A stretch of DNA of 33,993 nucleotides from Elainellaceae cyanobacterium. Its GTDB lineage: Bacteria; Cyanobacteriota; Cyanobacteriia; CAZCXK01. Positions 20,492 through 28,788 of the stretch are shown piece after piece (positions within the stretch are counted from its first letter, which is position 1; each line of letters begins with the position of its first letter). Both the position numbers and the translations under genes were made by a program. The DNA is taken from contig JBNPEG010000170.1 in assembly GCA_051117555.1 (NCBI GenBank), forward strand, positions 1 through 33,993, given 5' to 3'. The notes below the pieces were generated by a model, which had not been told where the DNA came from, did not search any database, and saw only the letters and a program-made list of their open reading frames with translations.

Positions 20492-20968
20492 CTAGGCAAT
20501 ATCTGGAGGAGGTTGGGGAGTTGTCCGGGTCTTTTTAAGACTCAGGCGAATAATGTGCTGAAGATTACTTCGAGCGATCTCTGTGCCGCTTTGAGTGTTA
20601 CCCGGCATGTCAAAGAAAACCACACTGTAGACCGTTTTCATTGCCAACATCTGAAATAGGATATGAGTCACCGGAACTGGCAACGCAACAATCTGAGGAT
20701 CATCTGAGGGATGCCGACGAGCCGCAACATCCTCTAAAGTAGGAAAAGCATAAATTATATTCTTTTCTACCGAGGGTTGATTACGCTGCTGTAGAGTAGT
20801 CAAGACCCATCCATGGTCAAGCGTCTGTAGGACATAATATTGAGGGTGCTTTAGTTGCTCAGCAGTGAGTTTAAGGGCGGGGGCGATCGCCTTGACAAGA
20901 TTAGGCGTAGTCCCATCCTGCGGTGCATCATCAATCAGGGCTTGGATCTGCCGATCGATTTCTATCAT
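20492..20968 (-). CDS. Conserved cyanobacterial hypothetical protein divergent from hetZ
   Basis: QIQ.LID.APQDG.TP, L.H.QYY.LQ...GW..TTL, IYAF, PVTHILFQ pattern; 158-aa clean ORF. Confidence 0.8.
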   Translation of the reverse strand: MIEIDRQIQALIDDAPQDGTTPNLVKAIAPALKLTAEQLKHPQYYVLQTLDHGWVLTTLQQRNQPSVEKNIIYAFPTLEDVAARRHPSDDPQIVALPVPVTHILFQMLAMKTVYSVVFFDMPGNTQSGTEIARSNLQHIIRLSLKKTRTTPQPPPDIA

Positions 20969-21113
20969 TTGACTAGAGTTCTTAAATAGACAACACGCTC
21001 AGGGTTTACTAGCCCAGTCTAGACCGACATGGTGTTTATTTCAGCCTGACTCTAGTCGATGTGTTAGCGTCGTGAAAACCAAGTTCACCATCAGGGGGAG
21101 ACCAATCTAGGTC

Positions 21114-22256
21114 GTGGAAGCGATTTTCAAGCTATTGTTCACCGAGTTAACCCATTCCACTCAAGCGTCCGAACAGCATCGTCGGGATATCGCAAATCGA
21201 GTAACCGACGAAGTCAGCCGGATTTGTTCGGAGAGTAAGCGCATTCAAGATTCTGGTGATGTAGAATCATGGCTCGTTACACTTGCGAAGCATCGCCTAA
21301 AGCAATGCTTAAAGTATTATCGGCTCGGCTCTCGTCGAGGGCGAGTCGAATTACATAGCACGCTGAGCGCCGTAGTGTATCGATATATCACGCCTCCTCA
21401 AGTCCAGTCGAGCTATCAAGCCCGATTAAACTTGATTGAAGATTTTCTTCAGGGGTTTTACATCGAATCTCTTAATGCCTTTCGTCGAGAAAACCAAATG
21501 CCGCCGACGTATCGGCCTCGTTCTTTGCTAGAGCTAGCAGAGTATATGGCATTTACAGAGCGATACGGTAAGCGTCGAATTCCTCTGCCAGGACGGCGCA
21601 GCCAGCAGCTTATTATTCTGAGAGCTCAAACCTTCTCTAAACAGCAACCTCCAGAGACGACTGTCGATATGGAACAGGCGGCTGAAGGAACATCGAGCGA
21701 GTCAGATAGTAGCTGGAATACGGCATCTGTTCAGCAGGTCCGAGAGCAAATGGTTGCCCAAGAGCCCGAACCGCCCGAGGATACGCTTAGGCATACGGTT
21801 GTCAGTGAATTGATGACGTATTTGGAGGAACGGCAGCAGGAAGACTGTGCGGATTACTTTACCTTGCGACTGAAAGATTTACCGGCTAATGAGATTGAAG
21901 CCATTCTCGGCCTGACGCCTCGGCAACGCGATTATCTACAGCAGCGATTTAAATATCATCTGATTCGATTTGCGTTGTCTCACCATTGGGAATTAGTGCA
22001 TCAGTGGTTAGAAGCTGATCTAGAGCGGAATTTTGGGCTGACACCGCAGCAGTGGAAATTCCTGAAATCAAGACTCACACGACAACAAAGCGATATGCTG
22101 CGCTTAAAGCAGCAAGGGGTACCCGATGGGGCGATCGCCCAAGAAGTGGGTTGCACTACGACTCAACTACAGAAACAATGGTCAAAACTGTTGGAACAAG
22201 CCTGGGAAATTCGGAATAATTTAGTATCCGGAGCAGGGGTATCAACTGATGAATAG
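21114..22256 (+). CDS. hetZ: HetZ family transcriptional regulator
   Basis: RIC.ESKRIQ.SG, YY.LGS..GRVELHSTLSA..YRYI, ELAEYMAFTERYGKRRI, LGLTPRQRDYLQQRFKYH, HHWELVHQWL; C-terminal HTH-like region. Confidence 0.88.
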   Translation: MEAIFKLLFTELTHSTQASEQHRRDIANRVTDEVSRICSESKRIQDSGDVESWLVTLAKHRLKQCLKYYRLGSRRGRVELHSTLSAVVYRYITPPQVQSSYQARLNLIEDFLQGFYIESLNAFRRENQMPPTYRPRSLLELAEYMAFTERYGKRRIPLPGRRSQQLIILRAQTFSKQQPPETTVDMEQAAEGTSSESDSSWNTASVQQVREQMVAQEPEPPEDTLRHTVVSELMTYLEERQQEDCADYFTLRLKDLPANEIEAILGLTPRQRDYLQQRFKYHLIRFALSHHWELVHQWLEADLERNFGLTPQQWKFLKSRLTRQQSDMLRLKQQGVPDGAIAQEVGCTTTQLQKQWSKLLEQAWEIRNNLVSGAGVSTDE

Positions 22257-23331
22257 AGATGTAGAAGTCATCAAGAATCTAATTTCTTGGCTAATTCAAG
22301 ACCCACACCCATCCAACGCAACGCCATCAGGGGAAATATCTGATCTAGAGACTGGGTCAGGTCAATCGGGTTATTCGGGGTCAGAATTCAATGACTTAGA
22401 TTCGTTATCTGCTGATGAGGTCAGTGACATGCTGGCTCAATTCAGCAATACATCTTCTCTTTCCTCAAAGTCTCAGCTTGTTGAGGGAGATTTGTTATTT
22501 GAATTGGGAGATATACCTGCTGTGCAAGACCGTTTTTATGCTCTGTTAAAACGTCGGCTACAGGCCGAAATCGAGAGCAATCCTCCCCTTTTCCCCTGGG
22601 AGAGTGAGGTTTGCGATTACGACGCTGAGTATTCAGACTTTCCCGTTTCAGAATTGGTTCCGGCCAATTTTTGGGCGACCCAGCTTAAAAACCTGAGTCT
22701 TCCCGTGCCAATGCCAGACGCCTTACTAACCAAGCTATTGACCCAATGTCAGGATGCTGTGCAGTCGTCGCTGAGGCAAGGGGCAAAGCTCGTTCAAGCC
22801 GTCGAGCCCCTTTTCCCAGGGCGCGCTCAAACTCTAAATCACCTCGCCGGGCTGGTGATTTCATCAGATTATCTGCGCTCGGCAGCGGCGCCAGCTATAG
22901 AACCATCAAGTTCGGCTAATGCAGAGTTTCCGAATCATTATGATGCTGCTAATCCGATTCAACAGATGGCGCTTTCGCTCGTTGCTGCTCGTGAAATTAT
23001 GGACTCGTTGAGTCTAGTGGTGTCATCTGAACGACCCAAATCGCAGCAAAAATGGCTCACATCAGCCGGTGCAATCACAATCGAAGCCGAATATCAGGCT
23101 CAGCCCCGGTCGAGACTGAAGGTGCAGGGACAATTGCCATGTCAGGGTACGATTCATTTACGCAGCCCAGAGGCTCAATCTACGGCACAGCGATCCACGC
23201 CAGGTTGGACGAGTTTAGAACTCTTTGACGTTGAACTCAATCGGTCATATCCATTGGAGATACAGCTCGGAGATTCAGACGACGCTCCATTGACGTTTGT
23301 AATTCAGTTGAGCGCTCCTCCAACCCGATAA
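22249..23331 (+). CDS. patU: PatU (single ORF covering PatU5+PatU3 regions)
   Basis: Overlaps hetZ by 8 bp; G.IPAVQDRFYALLKRRL..EIE..PPLFPWE, LP..MP...L..LL..CQ, GAKLVQAVE.LFP, QQMALSL.AAREI. Confidence 0.82.
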   Translation: MNRDVEVIKNLISWLIQDPHPSNATPSGEISDLETGSGQSGYSGSEFNDLDSLSADEVSDMLAQFSNTSSLSSKSQLVEGDLLFELGDIPAVQDRFYALLKRRLQAEIESNPPLFPWESEVCDYDAEYSDFPVSELVPANFWATQLKNLSLPVPMPDALLTKLLTQCQDAVQSSLRQGAKLVQAVEPLFPGRAQTLNHLAGLVISSDYLRSAAAPAIEPSSSANAEFPNHYDAANPIQQMALSLVAAREIMDSLSLVVSSERPKSQQKWLTSAGAITIEAEYQAQPRSRLKVQGQLPCQGTIHLRSPEAQSTAQRSTPGWTSLELFDVELNRSYPLEIQLGDSDDAPLTFVIQLSAPPTR

Positions 23332-23333
23332 AC

Positions 23334-23400
23334 TAAGCGGTATGCGCTTGGGTTAAGTACAGAAACGGTGGTGTACTTGACGCAATTGCACATTGCTATA
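23334..23400. mobile_element. TATAGC-ended composite mini-element, copy B (short, inverted core)
   Basis: Reverse complement TATAGCAATGTGCAATTGCGTCAAGTAC-ACCACCGTTTCT-GTACTTAACCCAAGCGCATACCGCTTA; arms nearly identical to copy A. Confidence 0.75.
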
Positions 23401-23451
23401 ACTCGTCTGTGCATATACGCTGTGGCGCACTGCTTATTGCTGTGCGTCACA

Positions 23452-24357
23452 TTAATTTTCGAGCCATTTAGAAAGATCGCGCTGGATTAGTTCTTGGAGG
23501 TTCAGAATATCGTCTCGATATGCATCGATTAGCGCGACTCTAATTTCGGGTGGGATCACAGTTCGAGAGGTCGGGCTAGACTGATCGTGTCGCATCAGAT
23601 TTCGCGTTCTCAACCCTTTTACGATGGTGTAACGAAGCGTCTGCGAAAATAAGGGCTTGATGAATTCTTTGATGGGATGGGGGGTTGTCAGAAAATTGTG
23701 AACTGCCTGATTTCTGGGGATGCGGGTCGAGTTGTGTCGCTTTTGTAAGTCTGGCCGAAACTGAGTGTCTACACCCAAAAATTGAAAAATGTCATGAATA
23801 GTATCGTCTAGGCGATCGCACACATCTTCATACAGATACACCTTGATTTGTGACGGGGCAAACCGCTCATAGTAAGGTTTGAGCTGAGCATAATAGAATC
23901 CCATCGACTGGTAGTGCCACCAGCAGTCGTAGTTTTTCTGGATGCGTTCAGGTTCTGAGCGCAGAGCTTCGCCAAAATCGCCAGACAGATCGCTACCCCG
24001 ACTAAATTGATACATGTATGCCGAAAATGCCCGCTCAACCGGATCACGCAAGACCGCAATCAGTTTCGCATCAGGAATATGCTGCTGAATTCGCTCAGCC
24101 GCCTTAGGGCTATAGAGATATCGAACCGATGCTTCACCGATTGCGAGTTCATCCGTCACTCCGTCGAATAACGCCTGATACGCTTTGATATCCGTCACGC
24201 TTACTCGCGGGTCATCCAGGACTTCACCTTCAAGCGCAAAGAAATTAGGCTCCTTAACTGGGCTCATGAAAATCTGGGGATGCTGCTTGAGATAGCGATA
24301 TAGCGACGTGGTGCCTGCCTTCATAGCACCGATCATCAGAAAATTTGGCAGGGTCAT
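23452..24357 (-). CDS. PAPS-dependent sulfotransferase
   Basis: 5'-PSB IGAMKAGTTSL, KEPNFF, GEAS..YL, 3'-PB LRDPVERAFSAY. Confidence 0.93.
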   Translation of the reverse strand: MTLPNFLMIGAMKAGTTSLYRYLKQHPQIFMSPVKEPNFFALEGEVLDDPRVSVTDIKAYQALFDGVTDELAIGEASVRYLYSPKAAERIQQHIPDAKLIAVLRDPVERAFSAYMYQFSRGSDLSGDFGEALRSEPERIQKNYDCWWHYQSMGFYYAQLKPYYERFAPSQIKVYLYEDVCDRLDDTIHDIFQFLGVDTQFRPDLQKRHNSTRIPRNQAVHNFLTTPHPIKEFIKPLFSQTLRYTIVKGLRTRNLMRHDQSSPTSRTVIPPEIRVALIDAYRDDILNLQELIQRDLSKWLEN

Positions 24358-24669
24358 AGACGTATTACTGACGTAATCGATAGCTGGACGGTATCCAATA
24401 TTCGAAACTCAACTGTAGCTCGCGTTGAATTGGTTCGTCCTGATGACAATTACGCATTTATTAGTAATTTACAAAGTCATCAGCCTTACGTGTTTATCAG
24501 GGTCTGTCAGTTTGCTGACGGCTTTTGGCAGCTATCCGAATCAGCTATCAGCCATGTGGCAGAGGTGTGGCGGAGGCAAAGGCGATCGCTAATACAGTAC
24601 GGTTTCATATTTATAAGTCATTCTCGAATTCAGCAACGTCCTGAAAGCCAAATACCGACAGCATTTCAA

Positions 24670-25074
24670 TCATAAATTAGTTGAAATTGCCTGCACTGGG
24701 CACGTTGGGATACATTGCTCACAGACGATACAGCGCGATCGCGCAAATGTAAGGCGAAACGTTTGCGGGTCAAGCGTTAACGCTTCCGTTGGACAAACTC
24801 CCGTGCATAACCCACAGTGGACACACACGTCTTCATCAATCAGGATTTCACGACTCGCCAATGAGACGCCGACTCCCTGGATTTCCATCCACTCCACTGC
24901 CGCACCGATTTGATCAATATCTCCTTGAAGCTCTACGACGAGGGTGCCAATTTGATTGGGGGCAACCTGTGCTCGAATGATATTGGCGGCGACATTAAAA
25001 TCTTTTGCCAATCGGTAGGTGATGGGCATATGCACCGATCGTTTAGGAAATGTGAGAGTTACTCGCTTTTTCAC
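24670..25074 (-). CDS. NIL-domain 2[4Fe-4S] ferredoxin (Fed9/Slr2059-like)
   Basis: N-terminal NIL domain (ANIIRA), CVHCGLCTGVCP and CIVCEQCIPTCP; GTG start. Confidence 0.9.
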   Translation of the reverse strand: MKKRVTLTFPKRSVHMPITYRLAKDFNVAANIIRAQVAPNQIGTLVVELQGDIDQIGAAVEWMEIQGVGVSLASREILIDEDVCVHCGLCTGVCPTEALTLDPQTFRLTFARSRCIVCEQCIPTCPVQAISTNL

Positions 25075-25260
25075 AACGCGGAGCCGTCAATAAAGTTCAG
25101 CTAGACTAAGAGCAGAGTCGGTGAGTCAGGGCGATCGCTGACATTCTAATCGCTCGGCTTGTGCCAATCAGAACCCCGACTAATTCAATCTTATTTGACA
25201 GTCTAAACGATTTGTCTCTATATCGTAGTAGAGCCTTCATCCAACGAATTTAAGGAGCCT

Positions 25261-25866
25261 ATGTCTGATAAGTCAACTGAGTCGTCTACTCGCCCAAGCT
25301 GGCAATCTGAGGGTAAGGCAGGCGGTCAAATCAGGAATTTCATCATTGTTGTCGTTGCAGTGGTGCTCAGTGTTGCTGTTTTTCTCGGATGGCGATCGCC
25401 TACAGGCGCTGCATCGTTATCGACCCTGGCAGACGAATCAACGCCGTTGAATGTGGCGCTCACCAATCATAAGCCAACGCTGATGGAATTTTATGCAAAC
25501 TGGTGTACGTCGTGTCAGGCCATGGCTGGAGACTTGAGCGAACTTAAGCAAGACTATGGCGATCGCCTGAATTTTGTCATGCTCAACGTCGATAATTCCA
25601 AGTGGTTGCCTGAAATGTTGGAGTATCGCGTTGACGGGATTCCTCATTTTGTGTTTCTCGATGCAGAGGGGCAGGCGATCGCCAGCGTCATTGGTGAACA
25701 GCCTCAGCCAATTATGGCCGATAACCTAGACGCTCTTGTCACGGAGTCTCCATTGCCTCATGTGCGCGATCGGGGACGTACGACCGACTTTCAAACACCC
25801 ACGGCTGTCCCAGGTTCAGTGAATGACGATCCTCGCAGTCATGGCAGCCAGGTGGTTAATCCCTAA
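25261..25866 (+). CDS. txlA: Membrane-anchored thioredoxin-like protein TxlA/HCF164
   Basis: TM anchor, EFYANWCTSC, NFVMLNVDN.KW, Y.VDGIPHF; AAGGAG RBS. Confidence 0.85.
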   Translation: MSDKSTESSTRPSWQSEGKAGGQIRNFIIVVVAVVLSVAVFLGWRSPTGAASLSTLADESTPLNVALTNHKPTLMEFYANWCTSCQAMAGDLSELKQDYGDRLNFVMLNVDNSKWLPEMLEYRVDGIPHFVFLDAEGQAIASVIGEQPQPIMADNLDALVTESPLPHVRDRGRTTDFQTPTAVPGSVNDDPRSHGSQVVNP

Positions 25867-25918
25867 CGCAACGCACCCGTTAAGCGATCGCTGAAATCGT
25901 TGATTCACAAACCGCATC

Positions 25919-26740
25919 CTATCCATGAATCATGCCGTCTGGCATCGTAGCATTACTGAGGTTTGCTCCGTCCAAGATTGCCCCATCAAGGTTGGCATCT
26001 GTTAGGTTTGCGCCGCTCAAGTTGGTATTACTAAAGTCGACTCCATTCAAATTGGCTCGAATTAATTTTGCGCCGAGTAAGTCTGTATTGCCTAATATCG
26101 CCCCGTTTAGATTAGTATCGCTCAGATCTGCCCGGTTCAAACGAGCTTCGGTAAGGTCAGCCCCACTCAAATCAGCATGATTCAAGCTAGCCCCCATCAG
26201 CCTCGCACCCTGCAAATTGGCCTGATGGAAATTGCAATAGTTTAAGTCGGCGCGTCCTAATTCGGCACGAGTCAGATCGGCTTCGCTAAGAGTTGCTCGA
26301 CTCAAGTCGGCGCGAGTTAAGTCAGCTCCAATCAGGGTTGATTTAAATAAGTTTGCGTTCGACAGATTTGCTTCGCTCAAATCCGCACGATTTAGGCAGG
26401 TTTCACTTAAATCAGCATGGCTAAGATTTGCTTCGCTTAGATAGGCTCCGAGAAGGTTGGTGCGATGAAGATTGGCATTACTTAAGTTGGTGTGTTTTAG
26501 GTCAATGCCGCTTAGATCGGCCTGCGCCAAGCTGACGTCATGCAGATCTGCTTGACTCAAATCCGAGCCGAGAAAATTTGCCTGGTAGAGATTTGCGCCA
26601 CTTAAATCAACGGTGCTTAAATTACTTCGATTCAAATCGGCACCACTCAAATCAGGAACTGTACCAGAGTTTTGCTTTCTCCACTGATTCCAGTCGGTTA
26701 CGCTTTGTTTGAGCCGTCCAAGATGTTCCTCATTTGCCAT
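25919..26740 (-). CDS. Pentapeptide repeat protein
   Basis: MANEEHL..LKQ.V..WNQWR N-cap, many A(D/N)L.. repeats, MPDG C-cap; AGGAGA RBS before ATG 26740. Confidence 0.93.
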   Translation of the reverse strand: MANEEHLGRLKQSVTDWNQWRKQNSGTVPDLSGADLNRSNLSTVDLSGANLYQANFLGSDLSQADLHDVSLAQADLSGIDLKHTNLSNANLHRTNLLGAYLSEANLSHADLSETCLNRADLSEANLSNANLFKSTLIGADLTRADLSRATLSEADLTRAELGRADLNYCNFHQANLQGARLMGASLNHADLSGADLTEARLNRADLSDTNLNGAILGNTDLLGAKLIRANLNGVDFSNTNLSGANLTDANLDGAILDGANLSNATMPDGMIHG

Positions 26741-26945
26741 AACTACTATCTCCTGAGATTGAGGGTTGGCGACAGTCGAGCCAAATTCCATAGCTGAAGT
26801 GACGCGATCGCTCGATGATAAACATGATGCTCAACGCAATCACTCGCTGTCTTTTGATAGAGCAACCCGATCACCCGTGAACCATCCTTCATTCTGACCG
26901 ATCTCATGGGACTGATTCTATACCAAGTCCAGCTCCGGAGTTTCC

Positions 26946-27887
26946 TCAATACACGGTGTAAGTAAATGTCAGATTGACAATTAGATTAGACTGTTGCGTT
27001 TCACTCGGAAATGGCTCGAATGGCGCAGAATTTTCGACGGCTTGTAGTGCAGCTTGGTCTGCACTGTCTGACCCAGACGGTCGCAGGAGCCGTAAATTTT
27101 CTAGTTGCCCCTGACGATTAATTGTAAATTCAATCTCGGCGTCTCGGGTGCGACTCACCGCAGTCACATTCCAGTTGCCCCGAATTTCTTCTCGCAAGTG
27201 GCTGATATACGCAGCCCAAACTGGATCTCGCTGGGCATCGACTCCGATTGCTCCGCTTGCGGTGCGGTTGGGATTTTGCAGTCCATTTCGGTTCGCCAAT
27301 TGTGAGGGCGCCTGAGATGATGGGTCAGGCAACAAATCGGCTGCGGAGTTTGACGAAGCGTGAGGCGGTGTGGATGAGGTAGAGGGCGATCGCACTGGCG
27401 GTGTCGGTTGATTTACATCCGGAGCCCGATCAGATGCCAAGGATTCTGCCAATGAGTCTATCGGAGGGCGATCGGACGGTGACGAAGAACTCGACGAGGG
27501 AATCGAGGAAGACGAGAGAGATGGGGTGGTTCGATTCGACCCTGGTGCGGTCGATTGAGGCTGACGATGGGGGGCTGAACCCTCTGTCGCCGATCGCTCA
27601 GCAGCGGGGGGTAGATTGGGATCGCGAGTGCCACCAGCCGTTGAGTCGACGATGGCGCGCTGCTCTGTATCGGCAGCGGGAGATTCTGACACAGACTCTA
27701 CTGGGACAAATTCAATCACTCCCAAATCATCATCTGAATCGTGACGACTCACGCTGAGCTGAGTCAACCAACCCATGCTAGCCAGTATGAATCCCACGTT
27801 AATCAGCACTGCCGCAATCCAATAGCCAACAATTAGATGGAGGCGAGGTGACGTAAATTGCAGCCGATATTTCTGAGAAATGTTCAT
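26946..27887 (-). CDS. TonB family protein (TM anchor, Pro/Ser-rich linker, TonB C-terminal domain)
   Basis: Y...L...I..NW, F.I.R.G.L..LRL..PSG....DQAAL.AV...APF.PFP. Start ATG 27887 or TTG 27896. Confidence 0.82.
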   Translation of the reverse strand: MNISQKYRLQFTSPRLHLIVGYWIAAVLINVGFILASMGWLTQLSVSRHDSDDDLGVIEFVPVESVSESPAADTEQRAIVDSTAGGTRDPNLPPAAERSATEGSAPHRQPQSTAPGSNRTTPSLSSSSIPSSSSSSPSDRPPIDSLAESLASDRAPDVNQPTPPVRSPSTSSTPPHASSNSAADLLPDPSSQAPSQLANRNGLQNPNRTASGAIGVDAQRDPVWAAYISHLREEIRGNWNVTAVSRTRDAEIEFTINRQGQLENLRLLRPSGSDSADQAALQAVENSAPFEPFPSETQQSNLIVNLTFTYTVY

Positions 27888-28158
27888 GGGGTGCAACGAT
27901 GATGCGCATTCACGACAGTGTATGTTCAGAGTGGGTAGAGAAGTTGTTCAGACTGAAAAGATTTACTGAAAAGATTTGCTATAGTACACTCGCCACTTTG
28001 GTCTATGATCAGACATAGCAGCATTTAGTAGACGGGTTGATACAAAACAATTATGGATATCTTGACACTCGGTTGGGTTTCGTTGTTGGTTGTGTTTACA
28101 TTTTCCATCTCGATGGTTATTTGGGGTCGAAACGGATTCTAGTTTCTTTAGTGAGTGT

Positions 28159-28311
28159 ATGAATGTTGAAATATCAGCCTTAACGGTTCTTGCGTTCGTC
28201 GCCTTTGGGCTTTTAATCGCAGTCAGCATCGGGATTGTATATTTAACCGCTGTTGAATGGCGCGATCGCCGTCGTCGCGAACGAGAACAACGAGAACAAC
28301 GAGGACGCTAG
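28159..28311 (+). CDS. 50-aa single-TM small protein (YLT..EWRDRRRR type)
   Basis: Hydrophobic helix followed by GIVYLTAVEWRDRRRR; pattern recalled from cyanobacterial small proteins; hairpin downstream. Confidence 0.7.
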   Translation: MNVEISALTVLAFVAFGLLIAVSIGIVYLTAVEWRDRRRREREQREQRGR

Positions 28312-28320
28312 ACTATCTCT

Positions 28321-28393
28321 GTCAGACTGGGATCACGGAGACTCTATGGTCAACCCTACTGTGTCCATAGAGTCTCTGACCTGATTGACTGAC
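28321..28393. terminator. Long hairpin downstream of small protein gene
   Basis: GAGACTCTATGG (28338-28349) / CCATAGAGTCTC (28365-28376), outer GTCAG/CTGAC pairing. Confidence 0.5.
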
Positions 28394-28418
28394 AAAAGTT
28401 CTTCGCGTAGTTCTTTGC

Positions 28419-28600
28419 ATAGATTGGGTTGAGGTCACGTAGCTTGCTTCCCGAAAAGTAACCCAACACCAGTAACGGATTCATTGGGTTACGCTATCGC
28501 TTTAGCGCAGCCATGCCCGAAGAGCTATACCCAATCTACCGGCGTGACACAGCTAAAATAGTGCATGAGGTAGGGGGCTGTTAGCGCAGCGTAACGCACC
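28419..28600. repeat. REP cluster: inverted doublet with micro-insertions plus a single GTAG REP
   Basis: ATAGATTGGGTTGAG...TAACCCAAC (28419-28467); TTGGGTTACGCTATCGCT...ACCCAATCTAC (to 28539); GTAGGGGGCTGTTAGCGCAGCGTAACGCACC (28570-28600); similar to the REP at 5402. Confidence 0.65.
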
Positions 28601-28663
28601 GGGTTCAGGAGTTGCAGCCCTAAGGTGATGAATGGATGCGAAATTGGTTTAACAGAAGTTTCG

Positions 28664-28780
28664 TTTCATTACAAAGCCCGTCTTTTAGAAGACATTTCAG
28701 ACGGCCTGGTGAAAAATGTGTAGGAGAAATTGCTTTGTGCAATGAGTCCTCGTCCGGTCTTGTGGCCGGGCTTTTTTATT
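28664..28780 (+). ncRNA. Candidate small non-coding RNA
   Basis: 5' stem CCGTCT/AGACGG, single-stranded AAAAATGTGTAGGAGAAA, plus-strand-specific terminator; no convincing ORF. 5' end approximate. Confidence 0.45.
28752..28780 (+). terminator. Intrinsic terminator
   Basis: GTCCGGTC-TTGT-GGCCGGGC (two G.U pairs) + TTTTTTATT. Confidence 0.75.
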
Positions 28781-28788
28781 GAACTCCC

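Noticed and set aside
24430..24675. 81-aa plus ORF and other short ORF-track entries overlapping real genes
   Set aside because: No motifs or RBS; they are antisense or off-frame shadows of well-supported CDSs.
26946..27887. TonB as part of an iron-uptake island
   Set aside because: No TonB-dependent receptor, exbBD or convincing Fur box nearby; stand-alone TonB-like genes are common.
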